Source of the DNA: Candidatus Eiseniibacteriota bacterium
Lineage (GTDB): Bacteria; Eisenbacteria; RBG-16-71-46
Reading direction: 5' to 3'
Assembly: GCA_031364845.1 (NCBI GenBank)
Contig: JANLWX010000088.1
Location: 1 to 18,810 of the forward strand
DNA length: 18,810 bases
Shown: one piece after another, positions 1-7,452 of the stretch
Numbering within the stretch: the stretch's first letter is position 1
Layout: every line of letters begins with the position of its first letter
Position numbers and translations under genes: made by a program
The notes under the pieces: generated by a model
Database searches by the model: none
Told to the model about the DNA's origin: nothing
What the model saw: only the letters and a program-made list of their open reading frames with translations

Positions 1-1022
1 CAACGCAGTGGGTGCTGCCCAACGCAGATGCGCGCGGCTACTACCGCTGGTCGCTGCCCGCGGCGATGATGCAGAACATTACGCAGCTCGCGCCCGGGAC
101 GCTGTCCCCGCGCGAGCGCATCGGCTTCGTCTACAACCTCACGGCACTGCTCGAAGCGGGGCTCGTGCACGGCGACGATTATCTGCGCGCGCTCAACAGC
201 TTCGCGAACGACGCCGAGCCGGAAGTCGTGAAAGCGGTCGCGGAAGGCATCGAACGCGTGCGCGTGCCGTTCGAGCTTCCCGGCAGCGAAGCCTCGTTTC
301 GCCGCTACGTGCGCTCGACGCTGCGCCCGGCTCTGGATCGGATCGGGTTCGGCGTGACGCCTGGCGAATCCGAGAACGTTCGCGAACTGCGCTCGATGCT
401 GTTGCACGGACTCGCCGCCACCGGGCGCGATGATCAGGTGATCGCCCACTGCGAGGCGCTCGCGCGGTCGTATTGCCTCGATGCCACGACCGTCGACGGC
501 TCGCTCGCCGACATCGCGGTGACGGTCTCGGCCATGCGCGGGGATTCGGCGCTGTTCGCCCAGTACACGCAGCGTTTCGAACAGGCGCCGACGGCGGTCG
601 AGCGCCAGCGGTTTCTCGGAGCGCTCGGAAACTTCCGCGCGCATCGGATGATGCTGCGCTCGCTCGATTATGCGCTGACCGGCCCGTTGCGCGCGCAGGA
701 ACTGCTGCAGATTCCGCGCACGGCCGCCGACATCCCGGAGTTCCAGGAGGAAGTCTATCTGTGGATGACGGCCAACTACGATGCGATCACCGAGCGCATG
801 CCGTCGGTGTTCGCGATCTACCTGCCGTACTTCGCGGGCGGTTGTTCGTTGAGGCTGCTGGGGGCGGCCGAAGTCTACTTCGGCGAACCGCGCCACCGGC
901 CGGCGGGCACCGAGAAGGAACTCGGACAGCTCTCTGCCCAGGTGCGTGAGTGCGCTGCGCTGCGGCAACGCGAAGGGCCGGCGGTCACCGCCTACCTCGA
1001 GAGCATCGCCGGCGCGAAGTAG
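1..1022 (+). CDS. M1 family aminopeptidase (PepN/ERAP1-like), C-terminal ERAP1_C domain; 5' truncated by the window edge
   Basis: The frame is open from the window start (TQWVLPNADARGYYRW), which matches the typical opening of ERAP1_C domains, and is followed by a long helical region; stop TAG at 1020-1022. The catalytic HEXXH domain lies outside the window. Confidence 0.8.
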   Translation, partial: TQWVLPNADARGYYRWSLPAAMMQNITQLAPGTLSPRERIGFVYNLTALLEAGLVHGDDYLRALNSFANDAEPEVVKAVAEGIERVRVPFELPGSEASFRRYVRSTLRPALDRIGFGVTPGESENVRELRSMLLHGLAATGRDDQVIAHCEALARSYCLDATTVDGSLADIAVTVSAMRGDSALFAQYTQRFEQAPTAVERQRFLGALGNFRAHRMMLRSLDYALTGPLRAQELLQIPRTAADIPEFQEEVYLWMTANYDAITERMPSVFAIYLPYFAGGCSLRLLGAAEVYFGEPRHRPAGTEKELGQLSAQVRECAALRQREGPAVTAYLESIAGAK

Positions 1023-1033
1023 CCGCCGGCAGT

Positions 1034-1057
1034 CGCGCGCGGTCTCGACCGCGCACG
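1034..1057. terminator. GC hairpin between convergent genes, possible terminator
   Basis: GCGCGGT-CTCG-ACCGCGC (1037-1054), extendable to 10 bp with one G-U on the minus strand, in the 36-nt gap between two stop codons; no clear U-tract. Confidence 0.45.
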
Positions 1058-1058
1058 T

Positions 1059-1898
1059 TCAGAACAGCGTGGTCTGGTCGAGTTTTCCCGTCCGGCGCGC
1101 GCGGCGCTCCAGAACGTAGTAACCCTGGTGGGCCACCAGCGACAGGACCGCAGCTGTGAGCGCGAGCAGCCCGAGCAGTTGCGGGTCGCTCAGCCGGCCG
1201 AGGATCGCACTGCTGCCTTCGCCGAGCAGGAAGCGGCGGATCGCCTCGTAGCCGTACGTGAACGGCAGCACGAAGGCGATCTCGCGCAGGCCGTGCGGCA
1301 TGAGGTCGACCGGGAAGATCACGCCGCACAGCAGATAGAGCCCGACCGAGAGCCCTTCGTTCATGCTGACCGCGATCCGCGGCAGGTTGAGCGCGAGCCC
1401 CGCGACGAGGAATCCCAGGAACAACGTCGAGCCGAGGGTGAGCACGAACGCAATACCGAGCGGAATCCAGCGCACGGTGCTCCACTCCCAGCGCACGCCG
1501 AGCACGAACCATCCGAGCAGCAGCACCAGCAGTCCGGTGAACGTCGCGAGTCCGAACTTCACCGAAGCACGGCCGGTGAGATAGGTCATCATGCCGATCG
1601 GCGAGGTGTAGACGAGACGCAGCGTTTCATATTCTTCGCGCTCCTCGACCACGACCCAGCCCATGCCGACCAGCACGCGCGCCACGTATTCGTGGACCGC
1701 GTTCGCGACGTAGAAGCCGGCGAACAGCTGCGGGCGCGCGGCCCCGCCGACCGCCCAGTACATGCCGCCCAGAATGAGTGCGGTGCCGATGGGACGGATC
1801 AGGGTGTAGACGGCGAACGTGAGCCCGGCGGCCCAGTTGGATTCGATCTGCCACCCGAGCCACGCCGCAGTGCGCAGGCGCTGAAGTTGCGCGCTCAC
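1059..1898 (-). CDS. ABC-2 type transporter permease (second subunit)
   Basis: Multiple hydrophobic TM segments, EEREEYETLRLVYTSP motif and C-terminal LCGVIFPVDLMP...LPFTY typical of ABC-2 permeases. GTG start at 1898 overlaps the upstream TGA (GTGA). Confidence 0.85.
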   Translation of the reverse strand: MSAQLQRLRTAAWLGWQIESNWAAGLTFAVYTLIRPIGTALILGGMYWAVGGAARPQLFAGFYVANAVHEYVARVLVGMGWVVVEEREEYETLRLVYTSPIGMMTYLTGRASVKFGLATFTGLLVLLLGWFVLGVRWEWSTVRWIPLGIAFVLTLGSTLFLGFLVAGLALNLPRIAVSMNEGLSVGLYLLCGVIFPVDLMPHGLREIAFVLPFTYGYEAIRRFLLGEGSSAILGRLSDPQLLGLLALTAAVLSLVAHQGYYVLERRARRTGKLDQTTLF

Positions 1899-2740
1899 TG
1901 CCACCTCTGCGTGAGTTTGCCTTCGCGTTTGGACAGCGCTTCCAGATACGCGAGCGAGAAACGCGCGAGCACGCACAGCACGAGCCCGAGACCGATCAGG
2001 ATCAGGACCTCGGTGCGCAGCGGCAGCAGCCCGCGCGCGGCGTCACCAAGCAGCACCTGGCGCATCGCATCGATCCCGAGTGCCAGCGGAAGGACGCCCG
2101 CCATCACCGAACCGAGCGCGCCGAGTGTGCGCAGCGGGAAGTACATTCCGGACAGGAAGTAGACCGGCTCGGTCAGCGCGTTGCACAGGTGCCATGCCTC
2201 GCGGCCATAGAGCAGGAACAGCGACGCCAGCACCATCCCCATCGCGTACAGAGCGACCATCGTGACCGCGAACACGCCGATCAGCTCGCCGACCTGGAAC
2301 GGGTCCACGCGCACGCCGAACACGCCGAAGCCGAGCGCGATGCCGAACAGCGCGCGCACCGAGGTCATCACGATGCCCCCGACCGCCATCCCGGTAAGGA
2401 TCGCCATGCGCGAACAGGGTGCGGCGAAATACAGCGCCAGTTGCCCCTGCTGCTTCTCCCAGTAGAGCTGTGCCCCCATGCCCCACAGCACGTTGGTCCA
2501 GAACGACGCGAGCACGCCGCCGATCACCGCGACCGCCTCGAGCGTGCGCGGCGCGCCGAGTGCCCGGTAGAGCAGCACGAACGCCGCCATGCCGAGCGCC
2601 GGGAACACCGCGTCGCCGATGATCCACGCCGGTTCGCGCACCGAGCCCACGAGCCGCACGTAGCAGCGCGCATACATGGCGCGCAGATCGAGCGCGAATC
2701 CGCGCGCGTTGAGGTCCGACGCGATGCGTTCGGTGGTCAC
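1895..2740 (-). CDS. ABC-2 type transporter permease (first subunit)
   Basis: TM segments, WEKQQGQLALYFAAP and FLSGMYFP motifs. GTG at 2740 overlaps the ATPase stop (GTGA); the longer ORF-track start lies inside the ATPase. Confidence 0.85.
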   Translation of the reverse strand: MTTERIASDLNARGFALDLRAMYARCYVRLVGSVREPAWIIGDAVFPALGMAAFVLLYRALGAPRTLEAVAVIGGVLASFWTNVLWGMGAQLYWEKQQGQLALYFAAPCSRMAILTGMAVGGIVMTSVRALFGIALGFGVFGVRVDPFQVGELIGVFAVTMVALYAMGMVLASLFLLYGREAWHLCNALTEPVYFLSGMYFPLRTLGALGSVMAGVLPLALGIDAMRQVLLGDAARGLLPLRTEVLILIGLGLVLCVLARFSLAYLEALSKREGKLTQRWQ

Positions 2741-3750
2741 GCGGCGGGGCCCGAGTCTTCGAGACCGCGTCCGACCACCGCGATGAAGACGTCTTCGAGC
2801 GTGGTCTCGCGCGTCGCCACACCTTCGACCCGCACATGCTGCAACTCGAACTGGCGCAGCACATCGACCAGCGCGCGCTCGGCCGGCAGGCGGAACTTGA
2901 GCGTGCGCGTGCCGCGCTCGGGATGCGGCGCGCCCCACACGGCGGGAATGCCGCCGAGTACTGCGAGATCGGGATCGGGCCCCGCGGCCGCGCGGATCTC
3001 GAGTTCGACGTGCTGGCCGCCCTGGACCTGGCGCCGCAGTGCGGCAGTGCTGTCGCACGCGAGCACACGGCCGCGATCGATGATCGCGACGCGGTCACAC
3101 AACTCGTCGGCCTCCGCCATGTAGTGCGTGGTGAGCAGCACGGTGCGCCCGGGCCGCTCGCGAACCCACGAGGCGACGTAGGTGCGCAGCGTGCGCGCGG
3201 CCGTCACGTCCATGCCGAGTGTGGGTTCGTCCAGGAACAGCACCTCGGGGTCGCTCACGAACCCGCGTGCGAAATTCATGCGCTGGCGCTGGCCGGTCGA
3301 GAGGCGGTTGATGCGCGTGTGCTGCTGTTCGCCCATCCCGACGACTTCGATCAGGCGGTCGACTCGCGGCCACGCCTCGGAAGAAGGAACGCCGTAGTAC
3401 TGCGAGAACATCCACAGGCACTCGCGCACGGTGAGGATGCCGTAGCCCGCGCTCTCGCCGCCCGAGACCAGACTGATGCGCCGGCGCACCTCGACCGCCT
3501 CGCGCACCACGTCGTAGCCCGCGACTTTCGCTTCGCCGGCGGTCGGATAGAGCAGCGTGGTGAGGATCTTGATGAGCGTGGTCTTGCCGGCGCCGTTGGG
3601 TCCGAGCAGCCCGAACACCTCGCCGCGCTCGATGCGCACGTCGACGCCGGCGAGCGCTTCCACTTCGCCGCTGCCGCGCGAGGCGCGAAACGTGCGCCGC
3701 ACGCCGCGCGCATCGACGGCAGGGCCGTGATCATGATTGAAGCCGGGCAT
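2737..3750 (-). CDS. ABC transporter ATP-binding protein (DrrA/NodI-like)
   Basis: Walker A GPNGAGKTT, signature LSTGQRQR, Walker B VLFLDEPT, H-loop TTHYMAEA and C-terminal TLEDVF motif. Confidence 0.95.
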   Translation of the reverse strand: MPGFNHDHGPAVDARGVRRTFRASRGSGEVEALAGVDVRIERGEVFGLLGPNGAGKTTLIKILTTLLYPTAGEAKVAGYDVVREAVEVRRRISLVSGGESAGYGILTVRECLWMFSQYYGVPSSEAWPRVDRLIEVVGMGEQQHTRINRLSTGQRQRMNFARGFVSDPEVLFLDEPTLGMDVTAARTLRTYVASWVRERPGRTVLLTTHYMAEADELCDRVAIIDRGRVLACDSTAALRRQVQGGQHVELEIRAAAGPDPDLAVLGGIPAVWGAPHPERGTRTLKFRLPAERALVDVLRQFELQHVRVEGVATRETTLEDVFIAVVGRGLEDSGPAA

Positions 3751-3756
3751 GAGAGC

Positions 3757-3790
3757 GCCGCAGGCTAGGCAACGCCTGCGGCACTGTCAA
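3757..3790 (-). promoter_or_regulatory. Sigma70-type promoter of the ABC operon with overlapping inverted repeat
   Basis: Minus strand TTGACA (3790-3785), 17 nt, TAGCCT (3767-3762), 11 nt before the ATG. Inverted repeat GCCGCAGGC-N8-GCCTGCGGC at 3757-3782. Confidence 0.65.
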
Positions 3791-3812
3791 CGCAGCGATA
3801 TGACGGCGGAGT

Positions 3813-4361
3813 TCAGGCGGCCACGCGGCGGCGGCGCATCAGGAAGGCTGCACCTCCGACCGCGAGCAGTCCTCCGAGCATCAGCAACGCCGGGTTGCTC
3901 GACGCCGGAAACTCGACGAGGACGATCTGATCGCGAACCTGGCCGGCCGGGTTCAGCGTCGTGTGCACATTCAGGTAGAACAACCCGGCCAGAATGTTCG
4001 CCTGATCTGCCTCGAGGAACGTCTTGCTCCCGATGATGGTGTTGCCCACCACGTCACCTGTAAGCGTAATTTTGACGCCCGCGGTAGCACCCGGGGCTGC
4101 GGGGCCGTGGAAGTGCGCGTTGTTGATCGTTCCGTTCAAATTGGCGCAGGTAATGTTGTAGGTGATGGTGTTGGTATTGGTGTCGACCGTCACCAGACCG
4201 CTGGCGGTTCCGCCGCTGGGTGCACCCGGCGCCGGAACTTCCTGCGCTTCCGTGGCAGCAACGGTGCGTCGAAAATCGTGCGACGCGTGGGCAAGCGCAG
4301 GCAGCATCGCCACCGCAATCGTGGCGAACGCAACGGCACTGAATCGGGAATTGCGCAGCAT
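3813..4361 (-). CDS. Secreted CHRD-domain protein with C-terminal IPTL/PEP-CTERM-like sorting signal
   Basis: SD GGAG before the ATG at 4361; signal peptide ending LAHA; CHRD motifs QEVP, AHFHGPA and FYLNVHT..NPAGQVR; C-terminal FPASSNP followed by a hydrophobic helix and RRRR. Confidence 0.8.
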   Translation of the reverse strand: MLRNSRFSAVAFATIAVAMLPALAHASHDFRRTVAATEAQEVPAPGAPSGGTASGLVTVDTNTNTITYNITCANLNGTINNAHFHGPAAPGATAGVKITLTGDVVGNTIIGSKTFLEADQANILAGLFYLNVHTTLNPAGQVRDQIVLVEFPASSNPALLMLGGLLAVGGAAFLMRRRRVAA

Positions 4362-4567
4362 GGGCACTCCGGGTCGCGGCGCCGGGACTTCTGGAGAGAG
4401 CTCGGAGTATGGAGAGGAATCGGCCGTTGCGAGTTCAGCGCCCGGTCCCAACGTCACGTGCTACTCGGATCATAGAGAATGTCCACGCAGCCGTCCCTGT
4501 TCCCAACGCCGCACGGTCGTGAGCTGATGGGGACGGTTTCGCATTCCGGACACGTTCCAACCCGCGC

Positions 4568-4605
4568 AGCGTAACCCGGCACCGGGATGATTCAAGTAAT
4601 TTTGT
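4568..4605 (-). promoter_or_regulatory. Putative promoter for the CHRD gene
   Basis: Minus strand TTGAAT (4595-4590), 16 nt, TACGCT (4573-4568), with an AT-rich tract (ACAAAATTAC) just upstream. Confidence 0.4.
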
Positions 4606-4626
4606 TGGACCGGAATCTGGAAATGG

Positions 4627-4656
4627 AAAACGGCGGCCCCGAATCAGGACCGCCGC
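4627..4656 (-). terminator. Rho-independent terminator after the cytochrome c gene
   Basis: Minus strand CGGCGGTCCT-GATTC-GGGGCCGCCG followed by TTTTCCATTT, about 30 nt after the stop codon. Confidence 0.7.
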
Positions 4657-4683
4657 TGCCAGTTGCCGAGTTGCGTCAATGTC

Positions 4684-5286
4684 CTACGGAGTCGCGGGCG
4701 CCGGTGCCGCCGGGAGGTTCTGTCCATCCCACGCCGGTGGCGGCGGGAACACGAGCGCCGGTCCCGTGACCGGCTGGCCCGGCGGGATCACTGCCGGAGC
4801 CTGATGGGCAATCGGCGGAATCGTCTTGAGATAGGCCGCGACCGCGAGCGCCTCGTCCTCGGTCATGCCCACGCCGTACACCGGCCACGGCATCGGCGGC
4901 AGAATCGGCGAGCCGTCAGGACGCACGCCGGTACGGATTGCCGTGGCGATCTGCTGCTCGGTCCAGGTTCCGATTCCGAGCGTCGAGTCCGGTGTGAGGT
5001 TGCGCGGGTACGAAGTCCCCCACGGTCCAGTCCATCCGAGTTCGCTGCCGGACAGCATGCGCGTCGTGTCGGGAGCTCCGTAGAAGGATCCGGGCGTGTG
5101 GCAATCCACGCAGCCACCCGCCCACACGAGACGCTTACCGAGCGCGAGCCGATCTTCCGACGCTCTGCCGCTGCTCGCGGTGGAGGTGCCGTCAGTGGCG
5201 GTCTGCTTGCTGCACGAAATCGTCACCACAGCCGTCGCCGCCGATAGCACGACCGCCGATGTCGCGACCACGCGTGTCCATCGCAT
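4684..5286 (-). CDS. Monoheme c-type cytochrome, probable lipoprotein
   Basis: SD GGGAGG; signal peptide with lipobox-like TISC; one CVDCH heme motif; NLTPD..LGIGTWT and PPMPW motifs as in ADH/GADH cytochrome-subunit-like heme domains. Confidence 0.85.
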   Translation of the reverse strand: MRWTRVVATSAVVLSAATAVVTISCSKQTATDGTSTASSGRASEDRLALGKRLVWAGGCVDCHTPGSFYGAPDTTRMLSGSELGWTGPWGTSYPRNLTPDSTLGIGTWTEQQIATAIRTGVRPDGSPILPPMPWPVYGVGMTEDEALAVAAYLKTIPPIAHQAPAVIPPGQPVTGPALVFPPPPAWDGQNLPAAPAPATP

Positions 5287-5360
5287 AGGGTTCCTCCCGG
5301 ATCGATCGAAGATACTGCGCCTCCGGCGGGAACCTACTGATTCGAATCGCGAGGGTCCAG

Positions 5361-5402
5361 AAAAAAAAACGGGCGTCGTGTCGCCGTCAGGCGGGACGCC
5401 GG
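5361..5402 (-). terminator. Probable intrinsic terminator of the desulfurase-mnmA-methyltransferase operon
   Basis: Minus strand GGCGTC...GACGCC pairing spanning the stop codon, followed by a run of nine T (A9 at 5361-5369 on plus), very rare in this GC-rich sequence. Confidence 0.55.
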
Positions 5403-6301
5403 GCGATGAACACGACGCGATCGCCCAACGCGTTGAACGCGCGCGTCACCGGAACGTTGACGGCGTCGATCGCGCGCAGCACCGCGCGCTCCGGCCCCGT
5501 CTTCTTCCCCTGCGCCGCACCGGGCGCGATCTTGCCCTCGATGATCCGGACAACTTCGAGCCCCGACACCGCCGCGAGATGGCGCATCGATCGCGGCGTG
5601 AACTCCCACAGGTGATAGGGCGGTTCGCGCAGCACGATCGTACGGCCGAGCAAGCCATAGAGCCCGAGCGCGATCCTGCGGCCGAGCGAATTCGTCGTGA
5701 TCGGACCGCGCAGGTAGACATGCCCGCCCGGCACCAGCACGCGCGCGACTTCGGTCAGCACCTGGCGGCAGTCGGGCACGTGCTCGAGCACGTCGCCCAT
5801 GTAGACGAGATCGAAGCTGTGAGCGGGAAGTGCCGCCTCGAGCAGATCGCCGTGGAAGACGTCGGCGCCGATCGATCGCGCATGCGTCACCGCCTCGGCC
5901 GACAACTCGACGCCGCGCGCATGCCAGCCGCGGTCGGTTGCGTGCTTCAGCAGCCAGCCGCTCGCGCATCCGACCTCGAGCAGGCGGCCCGGTGGACGGA
6001 GCGCGGCGAATGCCTCGAGCAGACCCTGGTTCTCCCCGCGAAATGCATCCTCGGCGAACGAGTGCGCATCGCTGCGCCCGCAGCGAAAGTCGCGCTCGAA
6101 GTACTCGGCGCCATAGAGCTCGGCGAACGCTTCGGGGGCCGGTTGCACCGACAGGAACCGCATCCCGCACGCCCGGCACTGGACTGCAGGAAAGCGTCGG
6201 CCGCGAAACTCGTACGCGAGCGCGAGCGGAGCGAATTCCTCTGCTCCGCACACGAGGCAGCGGTCGAGCACGCGCACCGCGAGCGGTGGCCGCTCGCTCA
6301 T
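5387..6301 (-). CDS. Class I SAM-dependent methyltransferase with N-terminal CxxC...CxxC putative Zn site
   Basis: CLVC and CRAC near the N-terminus; motif I LLEVGCASG; GVELS; FDLVYMGDVLEHV; LVPGG. ATG overlaps the mnmA stop (ATGA at 6301-6298). Confidence 0.85.
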   Translation of the reverse strand: MSERPPLAVRVLDRCLVCGAEEFAPLALAYEFRGRRFPAVQCRACGMRFLSVQPAPEAFAELYGAEYFERDFRCGRSDAHSFAEDAFRGENQGLLEAFAALRPPGRLLEVGCASGWLLKHATDRGWHARGVELSAEAVTHARSIGADVFHGDLLEAALPAHSFDLVYMGDVLEHVPDCRQVLTEVARVLVPGGHVYLRGPITTNSLGRRIALGLYGLLGRTIVLREPPYHLWEFTPRSMRHLAAVSGLEVVRIIEGKIAPGAAQGKKTGPERAVLRAIDAVNVPVTRAFNALGDRVVFIARRPA

Positions 6302-7452
6302 CGGGTGGAGGTCACACTCGCCGCGGCCGCGACGGTGGAGGAATTCCCGTCCGTGCGATCTCCGAGCGCGCGAAGGATCGGCGCGCCGCCGATCACGCGA
6401 TCGCCCTGATAGAACACGGCGAGCTGGCCCGGCGTGACGGCCGACTGCGGAACATCGAAGCGCGCTTCCAGCTCGCCATCAGCGCGTGGATGCAACGTGA
6501 CCGCGGCCGGAGTGTGGTGCGAGCGAATCTGAACCTCGGCGCGCGTTCCCGCCGGGGGAACCGACGGCATCAGCCAGTTCACCGGGCCCGCAATCAGCCC
6601 TTCGCTCTCGAGTTCGGCGCGCGAACCCACGACCACGGTGTTGCGCCCGGCATCGATCGAGAGCACGTAGAGCGGTTCGGCCGCCGCGATCCCGAGCCCC
6701 CGCCGCTGGCCGACCGTGTAGTGAATGATTCCACGATGCGTGCCGAGCCGAGTCCCGTCGCGGGTCTCGAACGTTCCCGCTGCGGTGCCGCGCGTTTCGC
6801 CGAGCTTGCGCGTCATGTAACCGGCGTAGTCCCCATCGGGCACGAAGCACAGATCCTGGCTCTCGGGCTTGTCCCACACCGTCAACCCGAGCCGCTCCGC
6901 GTGCGCGCGCACCACCGGCTTCTCGAGCCCGCCGAGCGGAAACACCGTCCGCGGCAATACGCCATACGGCACGAGTGCGAGCGCGTACGACTGATCCTTG
7001 GAATGATCGACCGCGCGCCGCAGCGCGGTGCTGCCATCGGACTCGGTGGTGAGGCGCGCGTAGTGGCCGGTCGCGAGCGTGTCGGCGCCGATCAACTCCA
7101 TGCGCGTGACGAGATCACCGAACTTGAGATGTTGATTGCACAGCGCGCACGGATACGGCGTGCGACCGGTGGCGTAGGCGTCGAGGAACGGCTGCAGCAC
7201 GCGCGCGCGGAACACATCTTCCGCCTCCACGACATAGTGCGGAAAGTTCATCGTGCTCGAAACACGGCGCGCATCGTCGATCGCATCGAGCGTGCAGCAT
7301 GCGCGCGGCGACAAGGGCGCGCTTCCGTAGCACGCGAGCTTGAGCGTCACGCCGGTGACGTCGTGCCCTTCCTCGGCCAACAACGCCGCCGCGACGGCGG
7401 AATCGACGCCGCCGCTCATCGCCGCGAGGACCTTGCGCCGTGGAGCGATCAC
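6298..7452 (-). CDS. mnmA: tRNA-specific 2-thiouridylase MnmA
   Basis: PP-loop AMSGGVDS, TPYPCALCN, LATGHYA, KDQSY, KPESQDLCF, YTVGQRRG and AVTPGQLAVFY. GTG at 7452 with SD GGGGGAG, overlapping the desulfurase stop. Confidence 0.97.
   Translation of the reverse strand: MIAPRRKVLAAMSGGVDSAVAAALLAEEGHDVTGVTLKLACYGSAPLSPRACCTLDAIDDARRVSSTMNFPHYVVEAEDVFRARVLQPFLDAYATGRTPYPCALCNQHLKFGDLVTRMELIGADTLATGHYARLTTESDGSTALRRAVDHSKDQSYALALVPYGVLPRTVFPLGGLEKPVVRAHAERLGLTVWDKPESQDLCFVPDGDYAGYMTRKLGETRGTAAGTFETRDGTRLGTHRGIIHYTVGQRRGLGIAAAEPLYVLSIDAGRNTVVVGSRAELESEGLIAGPVNWLMPSVPPAGTRAEVQIRSHHTPAAVTLHPRADGELEARFDVPQSAVTPGQLAVFYQGDRVIGGAPILRALGDRTDGNSSTVAAAASVTSTR

Noticed and set aside
5361..5369. Poly-A9 tract as a phase-variation or frameshift site
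   Set aside because: It is intergenic, follows a hairpin just after a stop codon, and is better explained as a terminator U-tract or UP element.
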